From Auanema rhodensis (taxonomy: Eukaryota; Animalia; Nematoda), in the NCBI GenBank assembly GCA_964057225.1, contig OZ059897.1, forward strand, positions 5,580,001-5,644,000: a stretch of 64,000 bases of DNA. Reading direction: 5' to 3'. Both the position numbers and the translations under genes were made by a program. This document shows, piece by piece, positions 27,201 through 40,751 of the stretch; within the stretch, counting starts at the first letter, position 1, and every line of letters begins with the position of its first letter. Under the pieces are notes generated by a model. It saw nothing but the letters and a program-made list of their open reading frames with translations, was not told the DNA's origin and ran no database searches.

Positions 27201-30200
27201 TGAAAGTAGAATGAAAAACGTTTTGTTTTAATCTTTAAGTAAACTTCCGGTTGATATAAATGAAAGATTATACATCATTTCATATGTATGTATATATGTA
27301 AATATAATAATTATAAAAGAAAAAAATCAATGAATAAGTACATGATGTATTAAGATAAATATATAAAAAGTTTACAAATATTATATAGAATAGTTAAATG
27401 AATATATATGATATAGTATTAAATTATATAAATAACTATATATAGTATAGTATATAGTACAATAATGTTCATAATATTATAAATAATATGAACATAATAT
27501 TCATAATTTTTACTTATACCTTTAGGTGTTATTTCATATTTTTATATTGTTAGTATTATGGGAATATATAAAAAAGTGAGGGTGGAAAGCAAAGATCAAA
27601 AAGAAACAAAGAAAATTAAGATAAATATATAATATTTATAATAAGATATATGTACATATATAGTTAACAGAATAATAGAATTGATCAATTATCTAAATTT
27701 TGATTTATATAACTATACGTATAAGTTGTTATAAATATATTTAATTATATATATACAAGTATAAAATATAAATTTTAAGAATTTCGCATAATTAATTTTT
27801 TTTTTCTAAAAAAAAGTTAAAAACTTAAGAAATTGAAGCATTGGTTTGATGATCCTTTCAGTAAAATCGTGGAAAAATTGATAAGAATCAGTAAGATAGA
27901 ATAGTAGGCAGGGCAATGAAATTGAAAGTAAATACAGCTTTTAACTTAAAAAAACAAACAAATATTGAATATTATACTAACTATATTAACAATATTATAC
28001 TTAGTATAGTTAATAAATGATCTTTTTATTTGAAAATTTATCTGTTTCGCCTTTTTTCTATTAAAAAAGAAAGGTACAACCGTTCTCAGAAAAGCAAGAA
28101 ATGAAAATGACGTGATATTGGGCGGTCGTTCACGTAATGACGTAACGTGAACATGATAGACGCTTGTGATTTTAATAAATTTATACAAGAAGACGAATAT
28201 CATTATTTCTTGTGATAATCAAACTTTTTTTTTAAATTTTAAACTAAAAAAAGATTAAATATTTAATTTTTATAAAATATTATATCCATACGTATTACAT
28301 TAAATATAATTAACATACATATATTAATATATATGTTAATTATATTAAATAAAAACTAATTGAATAATAAAATTGAAAAGTTTTAAATGAATTTTACAAC
28401 AAATAATTTTGAAAAAAAAGACCATTTGAGAATAAATGAACAATTAAAATGATATGGCAAACAAATCATTAGATGAAAATTGATTGTCTAATTAACTATA
28501 GACATATAAATTTCAAATGAAAATATATGTAAATATAAACTAAAAATAGATAAAAGATTATTGGAAATTTGTTGAAAATTATGGTTCATAGGATATGGGA
28601 ATGAGAGTTTTACCAGATCACATCGGTCAACGAAGTAAAGTAAAGAAAGACCTTGAGAAGCCACACTAGCATGGAAAACAGGATCAGACAAAGAGTTGGT
28701 ATGATGTGAACTTCCTTTCAGAATAGTTCATGTATCATTAGATGTGTAAAAAATTAAATTATTCAACATCTATACATGTCATTTCTATAATGTTTTTGAA
28801 TTAAGAGATAGATAGATACGGTAGATTATGTATGGAATTTTCAATAAAAAATATGAAAAAATTATAAATCTGATGAATTATAATGATTTAAATCATATCT
28901 GAATTGAAATGAAAAAGGAATCTTGAATATCAAATTGTGAAAAAAATATAAATTCTTCTCGGAAATGCTCTTTTGATTATAAAATTAGTTTTGTAACTTG
29001 AATTTTTAGAAAGCTTCATATACATATATGTATATAATAATATAATTAATTGATTTCAAAGTCTAATAGATATCTTATTTTATTTTTTTTATTGTCAATT
29101 TCTAATTTCATGACTAATTTATGAAGAAATCAAAGTAGCTATCCGACATAGGTTGAAAGTAAAGTTAGTTAGCTATCAAACGATACCGCTTGGATCATAA
29201 AGATTGTGGAGGTTCATACTTCTGAATGAAAGATGAAATCATTCTCACAGGGAAAGACAAGGTCAGCATAACTATTTCCTTTTTCCCGTAGGCAAACTAT
29301 CTCTTAAAAGGATTTCATCTCATTAATTTTGGAGAAAAAAGTATATTGTAGAAGGCTGAAGGTTGAAAATGAATCAAAGCTGCATAGATTACCGTATACT
29401 TTCAACAGTCACATAAAATGAATGAAATTGAACTCATTTTTAAGGCATAGGGTAGAAAAGAAAAAAAAACGAGGGAAACAGCAAGAGAGAGAAAGAGGGA
29501 AAAAGAAGTAACAGAAGTCTGGTGAGTAGCATGAATGACATGCTGTATGCTACATGCTCTTTATACAGTTTATTTATCCTTGTAAAAGAAAATAAGACAG
29601 ATGGCTACTTTGGTATTATAGATCATCCATCTGTTCCATTTTAAGTGAAAATCTCCGTCTATTTTGGTTCAACAACTATAGATAGTTAGTGTATTCAATA
29701 ATATAATTTAAATGTCATTTTGAGAATATACAATGTATGTCGTTTGTTGCTTCTGCCAGTGGTCATAAAGTCTTTTGAATATTTCAGTCTACAGGGACAG
29801 AAGAAGAAAATGATCAGATTCTTAGTTTTAAATGAAAAACAATAAGTATTTAATAGATTTCTTCATGTTTAATAGAAAAATAAATATTATTTAAATAAGA
29901 TCAGATATGTTTAATCTTTATTATATATATATAGTTAATGACAGCTGTTCATCTAAAATAGCTATATAATACATATATCTTTGAAATATTTATGATATTA
30001 AACAAATAACAATAAATAGATGAGCTTACTGATACTGATAACATGAAATATCCATCATTATCATATTTCTTTTGGTCTTTTCATTCTTCAGGGAACACGG
30101 AAAACTGCAAATGCTTATGAAAATAGATTTTTGATTGGAATGACCACACCATCTCTGCGTAATACAATAAATGAAATCATTTTATGTGAATAATTCACGT

Positions 30201-33200
30201 AATATTCTCACGTGTAATATACATATATTAATATTTCATAAATAGTTTATGATAAAAATTTTATTTTTTTATAAAAAAAAATTTTTTTTTTTGAATTTGG
30301 ACATTTAAATTCATTTAATAGTTCTTCTTCTTTTTCTTTTTCTTCTTGTTTTTGTGTTTTGTGAATATGAAATCATCTTCATATTTCATTTAATCCATTC
30401 TTTCTCTTAATTGTCATTTCAATAAGAAGATTTATACAGATTTAGATAAATGGATGAGGTATACAGCAACTATGGATGTACGTATGAATCTGGGATATAC
30501 TATATACTTCTATCAATCTGCCTTCTTCTCTCTTTATGAATGTACGTGTGCGTGTGTCCTGTGAATGCCGATGATGCTGACAAGTCACTTCTGTATTGCT
30601 GTTGGGTCTATTGAGGACCCGTTTTTGAACCAGCGGGAGTTTTCCAGTATTCCTCTTGTCAGCACACCCATTTTCTTTTCCTTTTTTTGCGACTTTTTTA
30701 ACTGTCTAACTATCTGAATCTCTTAATTTATTGTATTATTTTCATTGAAAACAGCGGAAGGCTGCATCATCTTAGTCTCTTTCTTCCTCTATACCCTGCT
30801 GACCAATTGTAGCAAATTACTATCTCTTTATATCAAAAGATAATCATATGGCTATAGGATTGTTCTTTTTCCAGGCTTGTAATGTCTCAATCATCGAATA
30901 AGCAGAGATTTGCTATTTCAAGCCACAATATGAAACTTTTGGCCAAAAAATTGACACACATGACGGATGATAGGACAAAGCATATCCAAGAGATTATCAA
31001 GCTTAATTGGGAAACATACATCATTTCATTCACATTCTTCCATCTCTCTAATATCTGTTCTCTCTCTCTCTCAATCATCGCAATTATCCTTTGTATCCAA
31101 ATGTCATTCACCTGAAGAATTTTCCTTCTTTTTTTTTCTTTTTTTTTTAGTCAATTTCTAAAGATTATTTGATTCTTTTAATATATTTTTTACTTGAAAA
31201 TGTACTAAAACTTGTTTTTCTTCTGTACTTTTCAAAGAAAATTTTAATATTTGGATAAATATGTTGATTTCAATCTTGTAATAGTCATATACCAAGTAGA
31301 TACCGTCCTCTCCGATTAGTTTTTGAACTTTGAAGTTACTTCTTTTTCATAAATTATAGAATAAAAGAGACAAAATTAATAGTTTGAACCTTATAATCCA
31401 GGTATTACCTTTTGTACTCTCAATCTCTCTCTCTCTCTCTCTCTCTCCCTCTCTCTCTTTTCTCTGTATTACTCTTACATGAAGCTCTTCGTCTTTCTCT
31501 TCTTTCTCATTATACTACAACTTCTACCTCTATTTCCATCTCACTGTCTTGCTTTCAAACATAGAGTGCTTCCTTCATCTTTGCACCATTTCCTCTTCAC
31601 CTCTCCCGTACTTTTGCCACAGATTGTCAACTTTCCAGTTTCATTCTTCCCGACTTTTGTCATTTTCTTTTTCCTCGTTTTCCTCATCTTAGTCACTTAG
31701 TCACTTACTCTATAACTTTTTTTTTTACAATTTTCAATATGTATTACAAGTACTTATCTTTCAAAAAATATTTCATTTTTTCAGTTCAAACTGATTAATT
31801 CCATTGTCGACAACTATAATTATACACTAATATTATAATTCTACTTTCTATACTTTCATTGAATTTCTTTCAAAAAACTCTTGAGACTAGCCTATTGCTT
31901 GTTGTTTCAGTTTCACTGTTCACCTCTTCCCACTCCCCAGCCTCTCATCATCTTTACCTTTTGCTATACTTAACTTTCAATTCCGTTCATTTACCTGTAC
32001 AAACCTCTCCTATCTTCATGTTTAGTCTCTTCTCCTCCTCCTTCTCCTCATTTCTCTCTTATTTTTCCCTTCTAACAGAGTATTTTTAGTATGTTGCTGT
32101 TATGAAAAGCAGGTTTTCAGCTACACAATTACTATACTTCTATAGTTATTTCACTCATATACTAGTTAGTTAACTATATGTATATCATATTCATTTAATT
32201 TTATTCAAATGAATTTCATACTTATATCAGAATGTATTGAGAAGTTTAATGTCTTTTCAACTAATTAATGTCTCTTCATGTCTTGTTGCATACTGTCAAT
32301 TTTTTGTATTTTAAGAAAGATTTTCCTATTCAATATCACTAATATCTGTAGCATTTATCTATTTTTCTTATAAAATCTTAAATATACGATTAGCTTTCAA
32401 CTTTCCTGACATTTAATGGAATGAAAAGATAACTAGAAAGAAAGACATTGAGAATAGATTCATATGTCTCTTGTTCTCGCCAAATTCGTCCCGCCTTTCT
32501 CTCTCTTTCTGCTTTTCCTCAACTATCCAATATATTCTGAATGATTTCAACGTATCATCATCATTATCATCCTTATCTCATATCAATAATATCTAAATGA
32601 ACTGTAGTTTCTCTCATATCCCCTCCCATTTTCTGCTTTTGATCAGCTTCTCGTTGAACAACAAATGGCTTCAACACTTGATGATAACGAAAAAGTGATA
32701 TATTTCAAAATCCAGAAGCACGACGTTGACATGAAATTCATTCAACACTAAGACTGCCACCATCTTCTCAAAAGCATTATCTTTCTAACCTTTGTATTTT
32801 CAATTTTCTTTTTATAATTGCTTCAACCTAAGATAGTTAAGTAAACTATTTCACAAGAATTCTTTCTATTGTTAACGATCAAATATTTTTTTTTCTTCTA
32901 AAAATGGAATCAAATCCAGTCATTTATTACACTTTATCGGACATTGTGTGTCCTTTGCTTACGTCAGAATCATCATCATCATCACAACGATCATTTATAT
33001 CATTTAATCTTCTTGTAGAATATAATTTATAATGAAAATGATGTTAGTAGAGATAAAACTTCATTTGATTTTCCTAAAAGTTTTTCCAAAACTTTCCAAA
33101 TAATTCTCGAAATGCTGTTCATTTCAACGTCCGGTCCTCATCTCTTGTTGATGTCTCTCACCTTGTAATCTTTTCTGCCTTCATTCACCCTTTCCCACCT

Positions 33201-33959
33201 TCTCTTCATTAGTTTCGTAGAAAAAAAAAGATAATTTGGCTTAGAATTAGTGCTTTGTCGTCTCTTTTTTTCCAATTTATATACACTTACTTCCTCTTAA
33301 ATCACTTTTCCTATTATTTTTCATATAAATTGTTTCTTAACAATAGAAAAATCAGTTTGTATAATTCTATTCAATTTCCGATTGTCATTTCTTCTAACAC
33401 TTTCATTCCTTTCTATAAACTTTTTTCTTATTTTAACTAATTATCTATTTTTCTTTTCAAAAATTACATGATTCTGGGTGTATATATAGCATATATATAG
33501 GTTTTTTAAATTTCCTTTCATAGATAATTTGAAATTTGATTCTTCAAACTTAGGTAAACGTGTTTTGACTTCGTTTCACTACTTATTGCTTTTGCAGTAA
33601 CTCATTATGAAAAAGAAACGCTTTACCTTTCTCTTCTCACTTTCTCCCTCTTGTGCCCATTCACATGATTTTTCATTTTTTTTTTTGGAATTATAAACTT
33701 GAAAAGAAAGTTGAACGAATTGTACGTGTTGTATCATTTAAAGGTTCTCCCTCCTTTTACTTTCTATTTCTTACATTCTTTTGAATTTGCTTAATTCTTC
33801 AAAGTTTGTGTTTAAGACTGTAGAAGTTGATGACCTTGTTCAAACTTTGAAATCCTTCTTCAATGTCAATCTTTATAATCTGTGAAGATGGCAGGATGAA
33901 TAGAGAATTAGTGAGAAGACATTTCAGATCAAAAATTGTTTGAATAAAAAACTTATATA

Positions 33960-33991
<32 letters not shown>

Positions 33992-34712
33992 GTTGATCTT
34001 TATTTAACTTAAAATTTAAAATATAACAATTGTTTCGAAGAGGTAACGAGTTATAGGTAAACAGAGAATGTACGAGGTTGATGGACTGGCATAATCATCA
34101 TCACCATCATCCTATAACCTCAAAATTTTGATGAAAAAAAAGGCAATACAAACATCAGAATTCCAATAACATCATTCAATTGTCATTGTAACTTGAATGC
34201 ATTTCTCAATCCGATTTATCTCAGTTAGTCGCATAGTTAAGTAGTGAATCGTATAAAATTCATAACCTACAAAGGATATGCAGAAGAATCAGTAAATCCG
34301 CTCATTTTTCACTTGGCGTACATCTTCTTAACCTTATTAAACCTCCGTTCTCTTATTAAATCTCTTTCTATCTCTCTTTCTTCGTCTCCCTCTCTGTTTC
34401 TCGTTTTATCTCTCTCTTTATTCGTTTTTTCCTTACATCTTCATATCGGACTTTACTTGGCAGCCAATTGTGTCTATGAATTTTGAGTAATGAACGACTA
34501 CGAAAACTGGAATTCGGACATAAAAGGACAACTATCGTTGAAGCAAATGGCGAGCAATGATTATGGCGAGAACGGCTGAAAAATATTTAACCTTACATAA
34601 ACTTATGCTTTACTCATTATTTTTATTTATATTTATTTATTTATTTAATCAATTTTCTTGTTTTTCTATTTTTTGTTTGGAAAAATTAATTTTTTTTCTT
34701 TTAGAATTTCTC

Positions 34713-37700
34713 ATGAGATTATTTTTCCCAACATTAGACAGGCCTCTGGAGCGGTTAATCGGATGGTATACAAGACATCTTTTAGTTGATTATTACATTG
34801 TAAATTAAGAATTTTTTTTTTTTTTTTTGTTCAAAAAAAGTTTTTTTTAGTTTTTTCTTGTTGGACCAGTAGTATTAACTCTTATTCTTGGAAGTGGCTT
34901 TATACGTTTGAAAGAACTAACATTGCTTGATGCTCGTAAACTGTATACACCTGTTGAAGCTCCATCATGGGAAGAAGAGGCAACATTCAGTAGAGTAGGT
35001 GTTTCATCAATCTTTCTAAATTTATTGCTGCGAAAATCATGAAAAATCGTTCAAGTTCGTATTGTTGAATGTCCCACGAGAATGGGTAACTTTGATCTTG
35101 TTGTGTCTGAATTTCTAACTTTCGAACTGACAGGGTTGACAGAAATCGAAAAAGTTTTTTTTTTTTTTTTGGAAAACAAAATATGTTTGATCCAATTTTT
35201 TTGTTTTTTAAATGAAAATTTTATTCTTTTCTTATTCAATTCACTCATCCCAGATGATCCTATTTCAGCTTTGGCCTGTACAACAGAACGAGTTTCTACC
35301 AGAACGTACATTCGAATGGACAAGATATCTATATGTAGTTGTTCACGGAAAAACGTTTGAAAATGGATCATATCCAAATTTATTAGATGGTAAATAATAA
35401 TATTTATATATATTTAATATAATTTATATAATAATATTTTGATTTAAAGGAAATTATCTGGATGATATTGAAAAACTTGAGAATGACATTGCTCAGAATG
35501 TTTCATTTCCAATGAAATCCAAATGGCTTGGAAATGGTACTGATCAAATCAAAGACAAAGTCACCTTTGAGGTTTATTATTAACAACAAAAAATTAAAAA
35601 AAAAATAAAATATAAAGGATATATGTATGAATTGGTATGGAGAATGTTATCGTCAAACAGGCATTATTACTTTATTGAAAAGACGACATGATTTGGATGC
35701 AAAGTATGTTTTTCTCAAACAAATATTTTTATTTTAATAAGAAAAAAAATATTTTCAGAGGAATATCTGTGTCATATCCACGTGTTAATCAAAATGGTAC
35801 AGGAGTTTATATAGCTTTTAATGTTGGTGGAGTTGATACATTTGCAAATGATACAATTAAGGTAGAAAAAAAAGAAATTTAAATTTAAAAAAAAATTTTT
35901 TTTTTATTTTAGACAGCAAGAGGAATGAGATTATTTTATTTTTTACGATTTGATACAGAACATATTAATGAATTATCAATGGAATGGGAGGATCGAGCAA
36001 CAGAATTTGTTCATCAATATTGTCTTAATCATACACAACTTAGGGTATAATTTTATTTCATATTATATATAAATTAAATATTTATAAACTGAATAATTTA
36101 ACTTAAAAATATTAATAATATTATATAAATTTATTTTTTTATTTTTGGAACAACATTTTGAAAAGTTTCAAAAGATGCTTGTTGAATTTGGTCTAAAAAG
36201 TTGATTTTCCTACTAAATTATTTCGCTTTTCTACTGATTTCTAATATTATTTTTTAAATTTCAGTGCCATATAAAGCATTCACGTATCTTGGATTTGGGA
36301 CTAACAAATAATGCCAATCGTTTGAAACCATATTTCAATGTAACAATCGCTGTTTTAATTCTTTTTACAACATTTTACTCCATGAAATGGAATTTCACAG
36401 CATCTGATGGTACATGGACAAGTATGTTTCACAACATTCTTTTCATAAATAGTTTAATGATGTTGATTGTTTAGTTGCAATTGACTGGTTACGATCAAAG
36501 CCATGGCTTGCTCTTGGTGGAGTATTATCATCTTGTTTGGCTATCTTAAGGTGAGATAAAGCTTCATTAATGAAATGAAAACAATCTATATTACAGTGGA
36601 ATTGGCTTTTTTTTATGGTGTGGAATGTTTTTTGCGGAAATCACATTGATTGCTCCTTTCTTAGTTTTATGTAAAACAAAAATTTTTATTTTGCAACGTT
36701 TCAACATAATTAGTATTTTAGCAATTGGTGTTGATGATATGTTTATTGCTGTTGCTGCTTGGCATAATACTGAAATGAAATATCCAGGTAGCCTACCTTT
36801 CGTTTTTCTTTTTTTTTCAACAAAAATTTTCATTGAAGGACAAACTCATGAAGTTTTAAAAGAACGAATGGTTGAAGCAATGTCTGTATCAGCTGTAGCT
36901 ATATTCATTACATCTATTACTGATGTATAATAGATATTATATAAATTATATGTAATAATAAAATATTTTATAGGTATTTTCATTTGCAATTGGAACAATC
37001 ACAGATATTATTGCTGTGCAAGGTTTCTGTGCTATGACTGCTGCTTGTATGTTCTTTACATTCTTCTATCAGGTTTGTTATCATAAGCTTAGTTCTTTGA
37101 TCATTTTCTTTTATTTTAGATTACTTTCTTTGCTGCTTTAATGGTTATTTCTGCTAAACATCAATTCAAGTACAATAATGCTTTAATTCCATGCTTAAAA
37201 GTAAAAACTTTAATTGGAACATATTTAAAATATGAAATAAAATATTTTCAGACTGTTGACATCTATGATGTTGAAGGTAGTGTTCTGAAAATAAAACGAA
37301 AAGCAGAATCCAAATCTTCTGAAGATGGTTCTGGTATGTTGAATCTTCATATATTACTTTTGATCACGATGCTCCTTTTCTAGAATGTGTAAAACGTAAA
37401 TCATCATTCAAATCCGATCAATTTGTGTCTAATACTTCTGTGAAGTATCATACTTCCGAGGTATTTGATAGTTATTTTAGAAACTTAAATCTTTGGTTAA
37501 TTATAGAACAAAGAATCTATTGATAATGATTCTACTGAACATTTGGAAATCAAAAGTCGGGGAGTCATGGGTCATTTCTTTAGGTTTTTAAAAAAAATAG
37601 AAAATAAAAATATAAGTTGATTATTTCAGAGATTATTATGTACCATTTTTATTAAATTGGAAAACTAAAGTTGTAGTTTCCATAGCTTTTGTTTTTTATT

Positions 37701-39334
37701 TAGTTGTAAGTTTATTTATAAAAATTATTTTTATAAATTATACAAATATTATACAGATTGCTATACAAGGTATTATGAATATGGATCAAGGATTAGATTT
37801 TGATAAACTTTTATTACAAACTGATCCATTAGTTGAAGCATTAACAAGAGAAATCGAACTTTTCCATGGTGGTGATCAGGTTTATTGATAATTTTGTTTT
37901 TAAAATTCATTTATTTGATTATTAGATTGAAATAGTTGTCAAAGATGCTCCTGATGTTACTAAACCGGAAAATCGAAATTTGATTGAAATGGTTGCTCAA
38001 GATTTTGAAAATTCTGAATTTGGTTAGTGTAGTAACACATTATTTCAAGAAACTTTTACTAAAAATATTTACAGCACTTGGAGCAAAAGGAACATCATTA
38101 TGGTTGAGAGAATATTCAAAATACAGTAATTTAACTGGATCTTATCTCAACGATGATCATGAATCATGGGTTATAGGAGTTTACGAATGGAGTCAACTTT
38201 TTGCTTTTTACAAACTTTGGTAATTTGAATTTCATTTTATTCTTATTTTTCTAAATATTTATCTATTTAGGTCATTAGATTTTGTTTGGAGTAATGTTAG
38301 TAGTTATGAGGATATGCAGCTTGAAGCTTTCCGTTTCCGTATAGGAGTACATGAACTTTCACGTCCAACAGATTTAGTGAAGTAGACATATTTCCATTTT
38401 TTTATTTAAAAAATAATATTTCTAATGTTAGAGTCACAAAAAATCTGAGAGCTATTGCTGATAAGTATCCAGATTTAGACATCAAAACATATCAACAAAG
38501 TCGTCCAATTGCTGATCAGGTAAAGCATAATTGATAATTTTTGATAAATTTTTTCAAAGAATTCATATTATAATTAGTATATTTCAGTTAGAAGTTATTC
38601 TATCATCAACTGTTCAAAGTGATACATTGGCTTTGATATGTATGGTTATCATATCATTACTTTTCATTCCAAATCCTATTTGTTCTATTTGGATTGGATG
38701 TGCTTTAGTTACTATTGATATTGGTAATACTTTCACATCTTTTTTTCATTTTTATTTTATAAATTCAAGGAGTTATTGGATTTTTGGCTTTATGGAGTGT
38801 AAAACTTGATCCAATATCTATGATTACAATCATTATGAGTATGGGATTTTCAATTGAATTCTCTGGTCAGTTTCCAAAACTTTTTTCTTTTTCATTCTTT
38901 AATATTTCAGCTCATATTACTCATGGATTTGTTAGTAGTGAAAATGCTAAACTAACTCCAGCTGAAAGATGTATAGATTCAATGGAAAAAATGGCCTGGC
39001 CAGGTAATTTGATAATGAAAGTTTGAAAATAATTGAAATATTTCTTATAGTTGTTCATGGTTCGCTATCAACTATATTGGGTGTGACTGTATTAGCTTTT
39101 ATCAATTCGTATATGGTTTTGGTCTTTTTCAAAACAATCTTTTTGGTTTTAATAATTGGAGTTATCCATGCTTTGGTTTTGCTACCGATGGTTCTAGCAA
39201 GTACAGCACCATATACAGATCGTCTTAATAACTATTTGATTGAAAGATCAAAATCAAAATCATCAAAACCATCTTCACGTAATACTTCACGTAGTATATA
39301 TGCTATAACATTACCAGTTAATGTTACATCTTAA
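34713..39334 (+). CDS. ptr-6: Patched-related (PTR) sterol-sensing-domain RND protein, about 25 exons
   Basis: [112 protein letters not shown] (SSD TM4)..[37 protein letters not shown]. These strings match my recollection of C. elegans PTR-6. The family is secure; the paralog assignment needs a reciprocal search. Confidence 0.92.
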
Positions 39335-39830
39335 CTATATCATATAAGAAAAACAAACAAACAAACATTTCAAACTGAATAATTGGCTCAAACGGAAGTA
39401 ATATCTTTGATAAGATATACATATAAGGTGCTTCATTTACATTCTTCTCCTATAATCCTTTCATTTGTTTTATTCTTTGACCTGCTATTCGTGCAAATGA
39501 TCTCAGAACTAAGATCTATGATATTTCCATAAAAATACTTTTCTTTCTCTATATACAACAACTCCTATGTATACATACAATATGGTTTAATATATGTATT
39601 TCATTTCAAATAAAAATTTATTTATTTATTTTTCTTTTTAAATTTTACAATAAATTTTTGTATTTTTATTATTATAATAAATTTTTTTCATTCTAAAATC
39701 ATCCTACGGTGTTGCTATAAAATTTTTATAAGCAAAATAAATATAATTAGTATAATTAGTATAGTATATACAAAAGTTTTATTGTAAACTTCATGTAAAT
39801 ACAAAGAAATTCAATTTGAGTAATAAAGAG

Positions 39831-40310
39831 ATCACGAAAAGTTATGAATACGTAAAGTTTACGTGAAAGTTATGCTCACGTCACTTTCACGTAAAAATAT
39901 AATTATCATTATTATTAATAGTTGAATGATGAACGGTTGGATTGAATTTTTGTTCTTTTTTTTTCTCCCAAATGTTATGCAAATTGGAAATTCTACAGTA
40001 ATGCTACAGTAATCCCAAAGGATGCTAATGGGTATAGTATGACGATTATTATTTTTAAATGTCTCGAGAGGATATTCAATCTCATATTTTTTATTTTTTT
40101 TATTAAAAAAAAGTTTTTATTACTATATATTTATAAATTTATATTTATAATCTATTAAGATCATATTATTGGAATAATATTTAATACAACCGTTCATTAT
40201 TTAATTATTAATTATAATAATGTATATTATATCTTGAATTATTTACGTGAACGTGACAACATCAATATAACTTTCACGTGAACTTTACGTATTCATACAT
40301 TTCACGTCAT
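39831..40310. repeat. Degenerate ~480-bp inverted repeat (MITE-like, or two opposed copies of a dispersed ACGT-box element)
   Basis: 39843-39873 TATGAATACGTAAAGTTTACGTGAAAGTTAT is the reverse complement of 40267-40297 (30/31 match). A GTCACKTTCACGTAAA block is present in both arms. ATGAACGGTTG 39929-39939 pairs with 40187-40197 (11/11). Confidence 0.8.
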
Positions 40311-40751
40311 CATTGCTTTTTTTTTTCAAAAATTGAAGATACATCCAACATTAACATGATAAGTAATGATTAAACAACCAGTAAACTTAGATAGATTTGT
40401 TCTGAAAATCTTTAACATACATAAAAGAAATAGATATCTTCTGTATTTGATATAAATAAATGTTTTTATTATAGTTTAAACCAATAAATTAAAATATAAA
40501 AATGTTTATTATCACATATATATATATATGTAGATTCATATCTTTTTTTCTCCTTGGTTTGATAACTACTTCATTTACTTTTGAACAACCCAGTTTAATC
40601 AATTTAGATTTCCGAAATATTTCTCCGCCTCTATACTTGTTCTAATGACCTCGATATTTGATTATAATATCAAAAATCTTCTCAAGTTATTGTTTTCTTA
40701 GCAGTTATAAGGTTGGGTTTCTTCTATTCGGTTTCAAATTGACAACTGACA

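Noticed and set aside
30882-31115. 77-aa ORF preceded by TTTTCCAG
   Set aside because: Runs into CT low complexity, with no intron structure or recognisable domain.
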